From the NCBI GenBank assembly GCA_008632985.1, contig QPGO01000045.1, positions 62,001 through 126,000 of the forward strand: DNA of 64,000 bases. The letters are read 5' to 3'. The stretch is from Psammoneis japonica (lineage: Eukaryota). The notes under the pieces were generated by a model. The model had not been told where the DNA came from. It searched no databases and saw nothing but the letters and a program-made list of their open reading frames with translations. A program made the position numbers and the translations under genes. This document shows, piece by piece, positions 1 through 10,298 of the stretch (position 1 is its first letter; every line of letters begins with the position of its first letter).

Positions 1-3000
1 ATCCAACCAACAAGGTCAAGCTCATCTCTGGCTCCACCAAAATGCTGCAAGCCTCTGTGAGTCTTTGATTGAGCCTCGCCCCATTCTTTGAAAGGGGGTG
101 AGAGACCTCATTGGTGTGTTGGACTCAATGGAGCTCATCACTTGGGCTCAGCAGATTGGCTGCATGTGCCAAAAGGTTTGCTTTGGAGTCTGGATTTCAT
201 GACTGAAAATTCTGGTTCAAGCCATCCCTGCACCTTGGCAGCCATTTCCAGCCCTGGCAGAGTGTTCTTCAACTCCACACTCTGCATCAAAGCATTGAAA
301 TCTTCCAACATGGCCATGTTTCACATGGAATGACAAGTGCAATTTTTGCACAAGTTGCCATGGCAGTGTGCTGTGTGGTTGTTTTTGGCAACTTTTTTTA
401 AGTTTGTGATTGCAGCAGTGGCACCAATTGACAACATGTGAAAAGGACATGATCAATGTGTGTCACAAAGCGCCAAAATGATGCACACTTTTTCCTGTTG
501 AAATGGCCCTGTCATGCTGCACTCAAGATCTTTTTCTGTCTTCTTGTTGCACTGCAGAAAGTCTGTAAAATGTCATGGCTTTTGTTCAAAATTTATCCGC
601 ACTGGATCAGATCCCTGTGTTCTTGACAAGGGCCGGTTGATTGTGGTTGAAGAGCCTTTCACAATTGTTGTGACATGTGAAGCAGGAAACAACACTGAAT
701 GAAAATTGTTCTTGCAGTGCATGTCATCTTAACAAGATGATCTTTGTGCACACCAAGAGTGATTTCAACATGACTCAGTTTTTGTTTGCAATCAATGTGG
801 CAGACAAAGCAGGAAACAATGGCAAACAAACCTTGTGACTTGCAAGGCTGTGTGCTGTTCACACAATCTGATTCTTGCACGCCACAATTTGTTTTTTTGG
901 CACTGAGTCTGCTTTTGCTCCCTGTTTTTTCTTGTTCTTTCCTCCTTGCTTTGTTGGCTCTTCTGCCAGTGCTGCCATTGCCCTTTGCTGTCTGCACATG
1001 ACAAGCCATCATCAGACATCTCTTGAGCCAGAGAGCCAGTGCTGAGTTCCTCCATCACCGGTGCACCATGATGAGAAAATCAATGTTTTTGTTGAACAAC
1101 CACTTCCCACCTTGTTCATTGGGAAAGACACCTCCATTGTTTGTTGATTGAGGCTCTTGATTGCTGCCAGGAAGCAACAAAAAGGAGAGACAAGTGTGAG
1201 GGATTGTCATCAAGAAGGTGTGGGGGGACATGAATCTGTTGGTGCTTGAGCAAAGGAAATTGTTGAGAGGTCCTGGCACATCCAAAGAGGAGCATGAGGC
1301 AAATTGTCACTTGAGGAGCTGACAGGGGAGGGAGGTGCATTGCACAGGCCAAAATGGAAGAAAGAAAAGAGTGCTGAGGACACCATTGAAAATGTCTGCA
1401 GAGAGCACACTGGCCATTGTTGTCAGACATCTGACCAGGAGGACAGAGTGGGTTGCATTGCAACAGGGATGTGCCATTGTCGTCAGTGCATGACATTGGA
1501 GGATGAGTTGTGCAGTGTCCAATGGGAAAAAAGGACAAATGCAGCAGAGCAGAAATGGAGCAAAACAAAGGCAGAAAACTGAAGGGTGGAAAAAAGCAAA
1601 CAAATGAAGTTGTTGGCAAGTTTGACATTTGGACAGAATGAACATCATCATTCATGAGTTAAAAGCCAGCATGAGACAAAATTTGCATTTGTGCAAATTG
1701 AGTGTTGTGGTCACAATCATCAGCACAAATGTGAAAATTGTGACAATTGGTCAGTGCTCTTCTGATGGTCAAGCATGGAAACATGTCACAAACTAAAGTC
1801 AGACTGTGAGGCAGCTAAATCAGATCCTTGCAACACATCAACACCTGTGTAGACTGGTGCAAATGTGGTGGACACAATGCCGTTGTTGTTCTGTTGAGAT
1901 GGCTTTTAGAGCAGAGTGTTGAAATGGCTGAAGACAAGGTTGCAAGAACTTTGCATTTTTGACAACAATTGCTGAAGTCACCAATGATGAGTGCAACATT
2001 TTTGCACTGGAAAATGACAAGGGATGAGCAGCACCTGCAAACTGACAAAAATGACTTGGCTCTGATGGCTTTGTTTTTGTCACGACAAATCAGAAATTTG
2101 GTGCCAGTGTGGGGGCAGTCATTGTCATGTTGGTCATTTGCTTCCCTTTGCTGTTTGTCACATTGTGGTTCTGGGCAATGTTTGTGCTCTTTTCACCTGG
2201 CTCTGGAACTTCTGTGATGGAATCTCATGTGGAGCGCTGCTTGCTTCATGCTGGTGACATCCATCATGGAGGCAAAGCATGGGGCTTCAAAGTGACTTTG
2301 GATTGTGGATTCCATGTTTTTCACCAACCTGTCTCAGACCCATTTCCCCCCTCCTTTTGTCTTGCCACCAGGAAACCAGCTCCTTTTCTCTCTCACTCTC
2401 ACACCATGTGAGAGAGCCAGGCATCCAGCAGCCACAACAAGGTTGGTGCATCATGCAAAACTCAGCTTGCAGCCAGCTGACCCCCAGCAGGAAACAAGAT
2501 GCTGTGAGCTGGTGCAATTCTGCACTTCCAACTCCATTGAAAAAAGTCAGCTTCTCTGCTTCAGGCTGCCCCTCCTCTGCTGCTTGTTGTTTTCTTGCTG
2601 GAAAGCTTGAGCATCACACACACCTTTGCCAGAAAAAAAGACACACTGGGGCCAGCAACAAACAGTTTGTTTGCATGGTCTTGACCACTTCTGTGGGCTT
2701 GTCATGTTGAAAGAGCAGCTGTGGTTGGTGCCAACAGAGGGGCAGCTCATCTTTGTTCTTTTTCTCAGCAGTTTTGCACAAAGGAGGTCAGACAGGCAGG
2801 CAGCCACTTGCTCTCATTTGCAGCAGTTGAAAAAGAAAACAGTTGCTTTTCTTTCTCTGGTTTGTCTGCCCACAATGTGCAGAGAGCTGCACACTCCCAC
2901 AGCACAGACGTGATGAACACCACCCTCTGGGGCCAAGAAGAGAGAGACTGGCTCAGATGCAGCAGTGGCGGTGGTGCACAACTTCCTGTGCTGCTGTTCT

Positions 3001-3190
3001 CCATGTGCAAGTCATGCAGGCGCCCCACCCAGAGCAGTGAGAGCACCGGCAGAGCACACCGCATGATGCTGGCAGCTGCCTGGAGCTAGCCACCGGCAGC
3101 AGAGGCCCTGCTGGATGGAGCTGCTCTCTGCGCCAGCACTGGCAACGGTGGAGTGCATGCAGCAGCAGAGAGATGGGCGACAGACAACAC
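1..3190. mobile_element. Hypermutated (CpG- and TpA-depleted) repeat/TE-derived block, family not identifiable
   Basis: Almost no CG or TA dinucleotides and a strong TG/CA excess. ORFs are short, Cys/His-rich and almost Tyr-free. Composition matches the recognisable TE blocks elsewhere in the window. Confidence 0.55.
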
Positions 3191-3535
3191 GAGCTCGTAG
3201 AGAGTTGTAGAGAGAATAAAAAACAAAAAACCCGGAGTTTCTCAACCCGAACGAACGAGCGCACGCACCGGCGCGCCATGAGGTCTCCGTACGTACATTT
3301 CTACGTGACATCAGTAGCCACCTAATACCGCTACCACCCTTTGCCTTTTTTCACACAACACAAAAAGAGCGAGCGAAAGACAAAGACAACGACCGCCGCT
3401 GTCCACCATCACGCCGCTAGAGGAGATTGTCCTTGACTCATATAGCACCATACAGTAACTGCATGGATCGACAAGAGTCGTTGTATTGTATTTTGTTGTC
3501 TTGTTGTTGACAAGAGTATACGCTCGCTCATCATC

Positions 3536-4561
3536 ATGTCTGCCGAATCACCGTCTGCAGCGGTCGCCGACAACGAAGCAATCACTACACCGCTGTCTCC
3601 CATGGATGTCAATGACACAATTCCTCCCGCAGCCTTTGTTACCGACACGCGTGTCTTTGCCAAGGACGAACACGGTGCCCTGTACGAAGCCATTGTCCGT
3701 CGACCCAATTATTCCAACGGAAGGTGGAAGTATTTGGTGCATTATCAGGGCTGGAATTCACGATGGGACCGTTGGTTGGAACAAGAGGAGCTCCTGCCGG
3801 ATTCCGAACAAGCACGTCAACAAGCACGACAAGAACAAGAAGCGAAAAAGGAAAAACAGCGTAAACGAAAAAAAGAAGAAGCTACGGTCAAGAGCAACAA
3901 GCGAAAAAGCAGCAGTGCTTCAGCAGAACAGCAACAAGAGAATTTGTTGCAATTGTTTCAGCAAGCGTGTGAGTTGCCTCTAACGCTAAAGACGATTTTA
4001 GTGGAGGATCAAGAACGAATTACACGCAGAGGATTTGACTCGCTCTACAATGGTTTTGATTCAGACGTGTTGACTTCGACGACAAAACCGTGGAGACCGG
4101 CACGTGATGTGCATCACTTGCCCGCGACTGTAACGATTCAAATGGTCCTCAATCATTACTGCAAAATACACAAGGAACCCGAAGCACGACGCTTTACTAC
4201 TGGTCTCGCTACACTCTTTGATGAAGCCTTACCCGTGTGTCTCTTGTATCCGAGTGAGCGTGCTCAATACAATGCCATTGCAGCCAAGTCGTCCTCCACA
4301 CGCAACAACAAAAAGGTGGAGTTGTATGGTTGTGAGTTCTTATTACGGCTCTTGGTGCGCTTGCCGCATATTCTGGCGCAAGCGCCGCCCGACAATGTCA
4401 AGGGCACGGCCAAGCAATTGGAGGATTTGATTGTATTGTTGCAAAAGAATCGAATGGCTTGCTTTAAACCAAAGTACCGTGAACCCAAACCAGAAGAACT
4501 TGTTGATTGGGAGTGTCGGCTACGAGACCGAACCAACAATGTCAATACGAGTAGTAGTTAG
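3536..4561 (+). CDS. EAF3: MRG15/Eaf3-family chromatin protein (chromo-barrel + MRG domain)
   Basis: N-terminal 'YLVHYQGWNSRWDRW' chromo-barrel. C-terminal MRG motifs 'LKTILVED', 'LLYPSERAQY', 'YGCEFLLRLLVRLP'. Confidence 0.9.
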   Translation: MSAESPSAAVADNEAITTPLSPMDVNDTIPPAAFVTDTRVFAKDEHGALYEAIVRRPNYSNGRWKYLVHYQGWNSRWDRWLEQEELLPDSEQARQQARQEQEAKKEKQRKRKKEEATVKSNKRKSSSASAEQQQENLLQLFQQACELPLTLKTILVEDQERITRRGFDSLYNGFDSDVLTSTTKPWRPARDVHHLPATVTIQMVLNHYCKIHKEPEARRFTTGLATLFDEALPVCLLYPSERAQYNAIAAKSSSTRNNKKVELYGCEFLLRLLVRLPHILAQAPPDNVKGTAKQLEDLIVLLQKNRMACFKPKYREPKPEELVDWECRLRDRTNNVNTSSS

Positions 4562-4625
4562 AAGTACGTACAGTATGGTTGTGATCTAAACAAAATTAGC
4601 TAAAAGTAAATTACAACTGTTGCAA

Positions 4626-5143
4626 CTACTTTTCGTCGTTGCTTTGTTTGACCATGACTCGTTGTTGCCTTCCGTTTTTCCATTCGACATTTTCTTTCCA
4701 AACGCTTTTCTCATCACCCTCGTATACTTCTCGTTTCCAAATTGGAATTCTAGCCTTTAATTCATCAATTAGATACTCGACACAATGCAAAGCATCCCGT
4801 CGATGCGGACTGCTCGCTGCCAAAATCACACTGGCCTGTCCAACAGGACAATCTCCCAAAATGTGAAGAGCCGCAATTTTCTTCACGTCATACTTGATAC
4901 ACGCGTCTTGACACAGTTTCAACAATTCCTTTTCCGCCATGGGAACGTAACCTTCATAACTTAGTTTCGACACTTGTTTGCCATTGAAATTGTCACGCGT
5001 AATACCGACAAAGGACGAAACCGCACCACACGAGGGATCCGAAACAAACGCGTGACATTCCTCAAGGGTGGGCAATTGTTCCGAGACGCGAATTAGAAAA
5101 TTGCTGCTGTTGGATGAGGCGTTTCTTCTTCTTCTTTTGTCAT
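4626..5143 (-). CDS. MOCS2: Molybdopterin synthase catalytic (large) subunit, MoaE family; start uncertain
   Basis: Motifs 'GAVSSFVGITRD', 'LSYEGYVPMA', 'SSPHRRDAL', 'IDELKARIPIWKRE'. The ATG at 5143 is out of frame with the MoaE ORF, so there is probably a 1-nt indel or a small upstream exon. Confidence 0.9.
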
Positions 5144-5503
5144 ACTATAATGTCGAAACAAATAAGTGCGTTTGGCGTATCGAAACCTTTGTTCTTGCTT
5201 GTACAATAACAACAAGTGTGATGTACAGTAACAATTTTGTTGAATGGCATCGGATGCGTGATGCGTGGAGGTCGCGTCGGCGGCATGTTTTGGTTGGTCG
5301 TGCGAGTCGGATCGTGTTCATTCGCGTGTATGTGCTGTTTCTGCGTACGCTTGCGCTCGTACGTAGGATCCGGTACATTTCTCACGTGAATGAATCTCGT
5401 GTCATCGCCCGCCAGCCACGACAAAGTCGCGCACCACCAAAACACACACTCACGCCGCAACAACACTCTGCGCTCCCCTTCAACAATTACAACGATTGCA
5501 ACA

Positions 5504-6832
5504 ATGATTGCAACCAAGAACCCGACAGAGGCAGCGGCCGCTGCCGTCATGCCGCCCACCACATTTGAAACGGCCGGTCCACCGGCTTTGGGAGCGTTAA
5601 CCACAAACATGACGGCGTCGTCGCTCACGAGCGGAGGCAACAGCTGCTTGGACGAACAAATCGAACGGCTCAAACGCTGCGAATACTTGAGAGAAGGAGA
5701 AGTCAAGGCACTGTGCTTGAGAGCAAGAGAAATATTAGTGGATGAGAGCAATGTACAGCGAGTGGATGCTCCAGTGACGGTACGTTGATGGTCATTGCTG
5801 CGTTTTCGAAATTCGGTTGCCAGAAGGGTATTTTACGGTTGAAAGACGTTATTTTTGTTATGTGATGCGAATTGGAGTTCGCGAGTCCTTAAATGGGCAT
5901 CCGTTTGATTTGAAAAAAGTCGTGCCGCGTGCGTGCCGCCAACCTTCGCATCGTCACGAATCAAGATGGGATTGGCTTTTTTTTTTGCGTTTCGTTTCGT
6001 TTCTCCTTTCACCACTTTCTAATCTGTACATTACTTGCTCTTATCTGTCTCTTTGTAGATATGCGGAGACATTCACGGTCAGTTTTATGATTTGGTAGAG
6101 CTCTTCAAAGTCGGTGGCGAGTGTCCCGACAAGAATTATCTCTTTCTGGGTGACTTTGTTGATCGAGGGTATTATTCGGTGGAAACCTTTTTGCTCTTGT
6201 TGGCATTGAAGGTTCGCTATCCGGATCGCATCACGTTGATTCGTGGAAATCACGAGAGCCGACAAATCACCCAAGTCTACGGCTTTTACGACGAGTGTCT
6301 CCGAAAATACGGTTCGGTCAATGTCTGGCGGTACTGCACCGAGATTTTTGATTATCTCAGTCTCAGTGCTATTATTGAAGACAAGATTTTTACCGTTCAC
6401 GGTGGACTCAGTCCCAGTATTAGCACACTGGATCAGATTCGCGTCATTGATCGAAAACAAGAAGTCCCGCACGACGGGGCCATGTGTGATTTGATGTGGA
6501 GTGATCCGGAAGAAATTGATGGATGGGGATTGTCACCGCGTGGTGCGGGTTATCTCTTTGGAGGAGACATTGTTGCCATGTTTAATGAGAGAAATGATTT
6601 GGATTTGATTGCACGAGCGCACCAATTGGTTATGGAGGGTCACCGAAGCATGTTTAACGATGCGCTGGTGACTGTGTGGAGTGCGCCAAACTATTGTTAT
6701 CGATGCGGCAATGTGGCGGCGATTTTAGAATTGGACGAGAATCTAGAACGGAGTTTCAAGATTTTTGATGCAGCTCCGCAGGAAGCCAGAGGAGTTCCAA
6801 TCAAGAATCCACCGCCCGACTATTTTCTTTAG
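5504..6832 (+). CDS. PPP4C: Serine/threonine protein phosphatase 4 catalytic subunit, 2 exons (intron 5780-6058)
   Basis: GDIHG, GDFVDRG, RGNHE, SAPNY motifs and C-terminal DYFL. PP4-type '[38 protein letters not shown]'. A GTACGT...TGTAG intron joins 'DAPVT' to 'ICGDIHG' in frame. Confidence 0.93.
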
Positions 6833-6962
6833 TTGTGCTTTACACTGCTTTGCGTTTGTGCAGATGACTAAGTTGATAGACCACCTTTTACATACTATAT
6901 TGCTATCTGACGGAACGTCTACTGATTTTCGTTAGTTTTGGAAATGTCAAATTCTTTTTAAT

Positions 6963-8432
6963 CTACTCTAGATCAATACCTGCTGCATGCAGTGCCTCCC
7001 GCACCCACGTTGGCACGTCTTCGCCGCCGTTTGGTTTTCCACGAAATTGATCGCTGACAAAGGTTCGAACAAAGTCTGGAAAGTTATCGTCCAAAATGGC
7101 TTGTCTCATGCTACGTGTCAGTGCCATCATGTAGGCAATGTTGTGCTGCGTCACGAGCTGGACGGCAAGAGGATTGTTTCGATTCAGCAACGTGTTGAGC
7201 CGCTTTCGAGAAATATTGTTGCAACACGCTTGGCACTTGCATCCTTGTTGAATCACGCGTTCGTCCCGTGCAAACTCGTTATTCTTGAGACGAAGCGGTG
7301 CGGGTCCGGGAACAAGAGCTACACCAAACCGTGCGGTTCGTGTCGGATAGACGCAATCGTACATGTCCACTCCAAGAGCGGTACAAACAACCAAATCCAA
7401 GGGATACCCGACCCCCATGAGATAGCGTGGTTTCGAATCCGGCAAGGCACGACAACACTGATCCACTACTCTCCAAAAATCATCCTTGGATTCTCCACCC
7501 GCCAATCCGCCAATGGCATATCCTACAATTTGATCATCGCGATTACGAAACCCCGCCAAGCACATTTCGCGCAGTCCACCCAAGGATGTGTCGAGTCCAC
7601 CCTGAACAATGGGAAACAAATTTTGTGTTTTTTGCTTCGAGTGTGCCTCGTAACAACGATCCAACCAACGCAGTGTCCGAAAGGTTGCTTCTCGAAAGCG
7701 CTCGTCATTGCACGTGACACTACTCACAACATCGTCCAAGGCCATGCACACGTCGCTGCCAATTTCTTCTTGGTGTCGAATCGAATCCTCGGGTTTCAAC
7801 AGCATTTTTTCGGAATCGTTATAGGGACTTTGGAATTCAACACCCTCCTCAGTGATTTCGGCGAGTTTGAGAAGAGATACCATTTGGAATCCACCAGAAT
7901 CTGTTAAAAGATTGCGTGGCCAACCCATAAATTTGTGTAGTCCGCCCATTTTTGCTAGTAAAGCAGTGCTTGGTTGCAATTCCAAGTGATAGGTGTTTCC
8001 TAAAATAATGGGACAGTCGAGCGCCTCCAGTTCTTGTACCGTCACTCCCTTGATACTTCCCTTGGTCCCAACAGGCATGAATACCGGTGTTGGTACAGCA
8101 CCGTGAGGCATGTGCAAGGTGCAAGCCCGTGCTCGACCACTAATGGCATGTACATAATGACAAAGTGCGGGACTTTTCTCTGTAAAGGATGGAACCGCAT
8201 CGATTGGAACCGTTGGGAGCGGTGGCGCCAATTTTGTTGGATCCTCCGGATCGGGGTATGGAGAATGCTTTCCCCATGTAACGCGGCGAGAGAAATCTAC
8301 GTTTTTCAATTCCAATGGGAGCAATGCCGGTTCCTTTTCCTGCTGTGCATTCTTCGACGAATCATTATCCTCTTCGGGTCGAGCTCGTTTCCGAGGCGGT
8401 GGAGTTGACTCTTTTTCCAGCGGTTCCGACAT
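6963..8432 (-). CDS. QTRT1: Queuine tRNA-ribosyltransferase catalytic subunit
   Basis: 'TPVFMPVGT', 'LGNTYHL', 'LTDSGGFQMVSL', 'KPRYLMGVG', 'DMYDCVYPTRTARFG' and the zinc site 'CKCQAC...HN'. Confidence 0.95.
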   Translation of the reverse strand: MSEPLEKESTPPPRKRARPEEDNDSSKNAQQEKEPALLPLELKNVDFSRRVTWGKHSPYPDPEDPTKLAPPLPTVPIDAVPSFTEKSPALCHYVHAISGRARACTLHMPHGAVPTPVFMPVGTKGSIKGVTVQELEALDCPIILGNTYHLELQPSTALLAKMGGLHKFMGWPRNLLTDSGGFQMVSLLKLAEITEEGVEFQSPYNDSEKMLLKPEDSIRHQEEIGSDVCMALDDVVSSVTCNDERFREATFRTLRWLDRCYEAHSKQKTQNLFPIVQGGLDTSLGGLREMCLAGFRNRDDQIVGYAIGGLAGGESKDDFWRVVDQCCRALPDSKPRYLMGVGYPLDLVVCTALGVDMYDCVYPTRTARFGVALVPGPAPLRLKNNEFARDERVIQQGCKCQACCNNISRKRLNTLLNRNNPLAVQLVTQHNIAYMMALTRSMRQAILDDNFPDFVRTFVSDQFRGKPNGGEDVPTWVREALHAAGIDLE

Positions 8433-8866
8433 GGTCACGAAGCAAGATAACGTACGAAACCGTTATACAAAAGTCTGCAGCTCAACTAGAGTGCTAACTA
8501 GTTTTTTGGGGACAGAAAGAAACAACGCTACAATAGCAGCAACATCAACACTGTGGCCGCGTTGATGCTGCGCCGCGACAACAACCTTCGCAATTCGATC
8601 GCAACCTACCGGTAAGCACGTGTTATGAGTACGGGGCCGCACGTAGCGAATCTCTGGTACTGAAAAGAAGTAGAAATTCTTGCCGTTGATATGCAGTAGA
8701 ATTGTTCGGCCAGCCCCGTAGCGTCATTATGCATAAATGTACCCATCTTTGAGGATGGGTATGATCAAGTAGCCGGCCCCGTACTGTCTACGTACTCGTA
8801 GAAATCGTGTGGCCCCGCACAAAAAGCTCCCCTTTACCAAATTTCTACTGAAGCGCTACGGGCGTC

Positions 8867-9016
8867 GTAGAAAGCCCGTAGGGAGCTACATGGCACTATC
8901 AAAATTTAAGTACCCATGTAGAAAGCCCGTAGGGACCTACATTGCACTATCAAAATTTAAGTACCTCCGTTGAAAGCCCGTAGGGATCTACAGTGCACTA
9001 TCAAAATTTATGTGCC
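8867..9016 (+). repeat. Tandem repeat, ~3 x 51 bp (GTAGAAAGCCCGTAGGGAnCTACAnnGCACTATCAAAATTTAAGTACC)
   Basis: Units start at 8867, 8918 and 8969 and differ by a few substitutions. Confidence 0.9.
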
Positions 9017-9048
9017 TTGGAGAGTGGAGAGCTGCCGCAGATGAGAGG

Positions 9049-9946
9049 ATGGCGACTGGCGACACACAACACAAAAAACACCATGGCGTCGTCCACAGAC
9101 GATCTCGTCCAAGACCTCCCAAGCCGGGAGTGGTCCAAGACGGATGGGACGATGACGTAGATGACTTGCTTTCCACCAATAACGACAACAATGGCGACGA
9201 CGACGACGATGCATGGTCGTTTGATGACGACAGTCTCTTGACCGAGAATACAGTAACAATCAAAGCAGAAGCAGCAGTTATCAACCTACAACACCTTCTG
9301 AGAAACAAAACGATACTGCGACTAGGGCCCTACACAACATAACAACGATAATGACAATTGGTCCTTTCATGACGACGACCTGTTGAATACACCGAAACAG
9401 TCACCAATGAAAAACGAGATTAAAAATACTCCAGACGACTTGGCAAGACAATTGACCGGATACGTACAATCCCTTCCGTATGTGCTGTCGTCGATGAATG
9501 CCTTACTCGAGGCGGAATACAACACACCCGAGCATGCTGCGGAATTGCGGAACTCTTTCAGTACTATCAAGAACAACCACAGCTACAAGCTACAAGCGTA
9601 TTCACTGGAAACGGAATTACCGCGTATTTTCAAGGGCAACATGTCTCTGTGGTATTCCGCCATTATTGTCATTGTGCTCCAGCTCTTCACAACCTACACC
9701 CCCGGTTTGAACGACACCATCTTTGGCATGTCCGGTATGGACGGAACCCAGTGGGGTATTACCATTTTGATGGCGGTTTCCGTCTTTTTGATCATGGAGG
9801 CCGAGAAAGCGCTCCGCCGTCGCCTCAAGGCCCAGGGTTCGGATACGGACGATCGCGAGGAGTGGATCTTTGATGAGCATGTTGAGCCTGCCCCGCAGGG
9901 CACCGAGCTTCTTCCAAAGGGAGCTTCCTTTGCTCAACTTGGCTGA
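9049..9946 (+). pseudogene. Chimeric ORF(s): acidic unknown N-terminal part joined at ~9623 to the C-terminal fragment of a P-type cation-transporting ATPase
   Basis: 'IFKGNMSLWYSAIIVIVLQLFTTYTPGLNDTIFGMSGMDGTQWGITILMAVSVFLIMEAEKALRR' matches the last two TM helices of type II P-ATPases. No upstream ATPase domains are present. Codon usage changes abruptly at the junction. Confidence 0.7.
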
Positions 9947-10298
9947 GTTGGACAGATAGAGTCCAGCTTGCGTATACTTTCAACGCCATTTTCAGCTGGG
10001 GACCTATCTGTCTCCAAGTACATGTGTATGTGTGTTGGTGTGCTTGCCATGATATTCAGAGAAAGAATAGCTTGACAATGTTGTAAATAATAATCAAGCT
10101 TGAAGTATGTGAAGTACGTTCTAACCAACAGCTTTTCATTTGTCCACTTAATGAGGTATCATATGAGTCGTAGACCGTTCGCTCCTAGCTCCTATCCCGC
10201 ACGAATGTTGTCAAGCAGGAACTTGGCTTAAGCTCTAGCTTTCGTGCTTTTAAGTAAAACAAACAGGAACATAATGAAAAGTTTGAAAGAGTCTTTTA

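Noticed and set aside
88..3100. The many Cys/His-rich ORFs in mutated blocks as real metal-binding proteins
   Set aside because: They overlap in all frames, lack Tyr, and are explained by TA/CG->TG/CA conversion.
5076..5400. Bicistronic MOCS2A/MOCS2B arrangement as in animals
   Set aside because: No upstream ORF resembling MoaD/MOCS2A (ending in Gly-Gly) is present.
6987..7907. 306-aa antisense ORF over QTRT1, and similar antisense ORFs over other genes
   Set aside because: These are shadow frames of conserved genes with no motifs of their own.
8867..9016. CRISPR-like array
   Set aside because: The units are contiguous near-identical 51-mers without unique spacers, there are no cas genes, and the context is eukaryotic.
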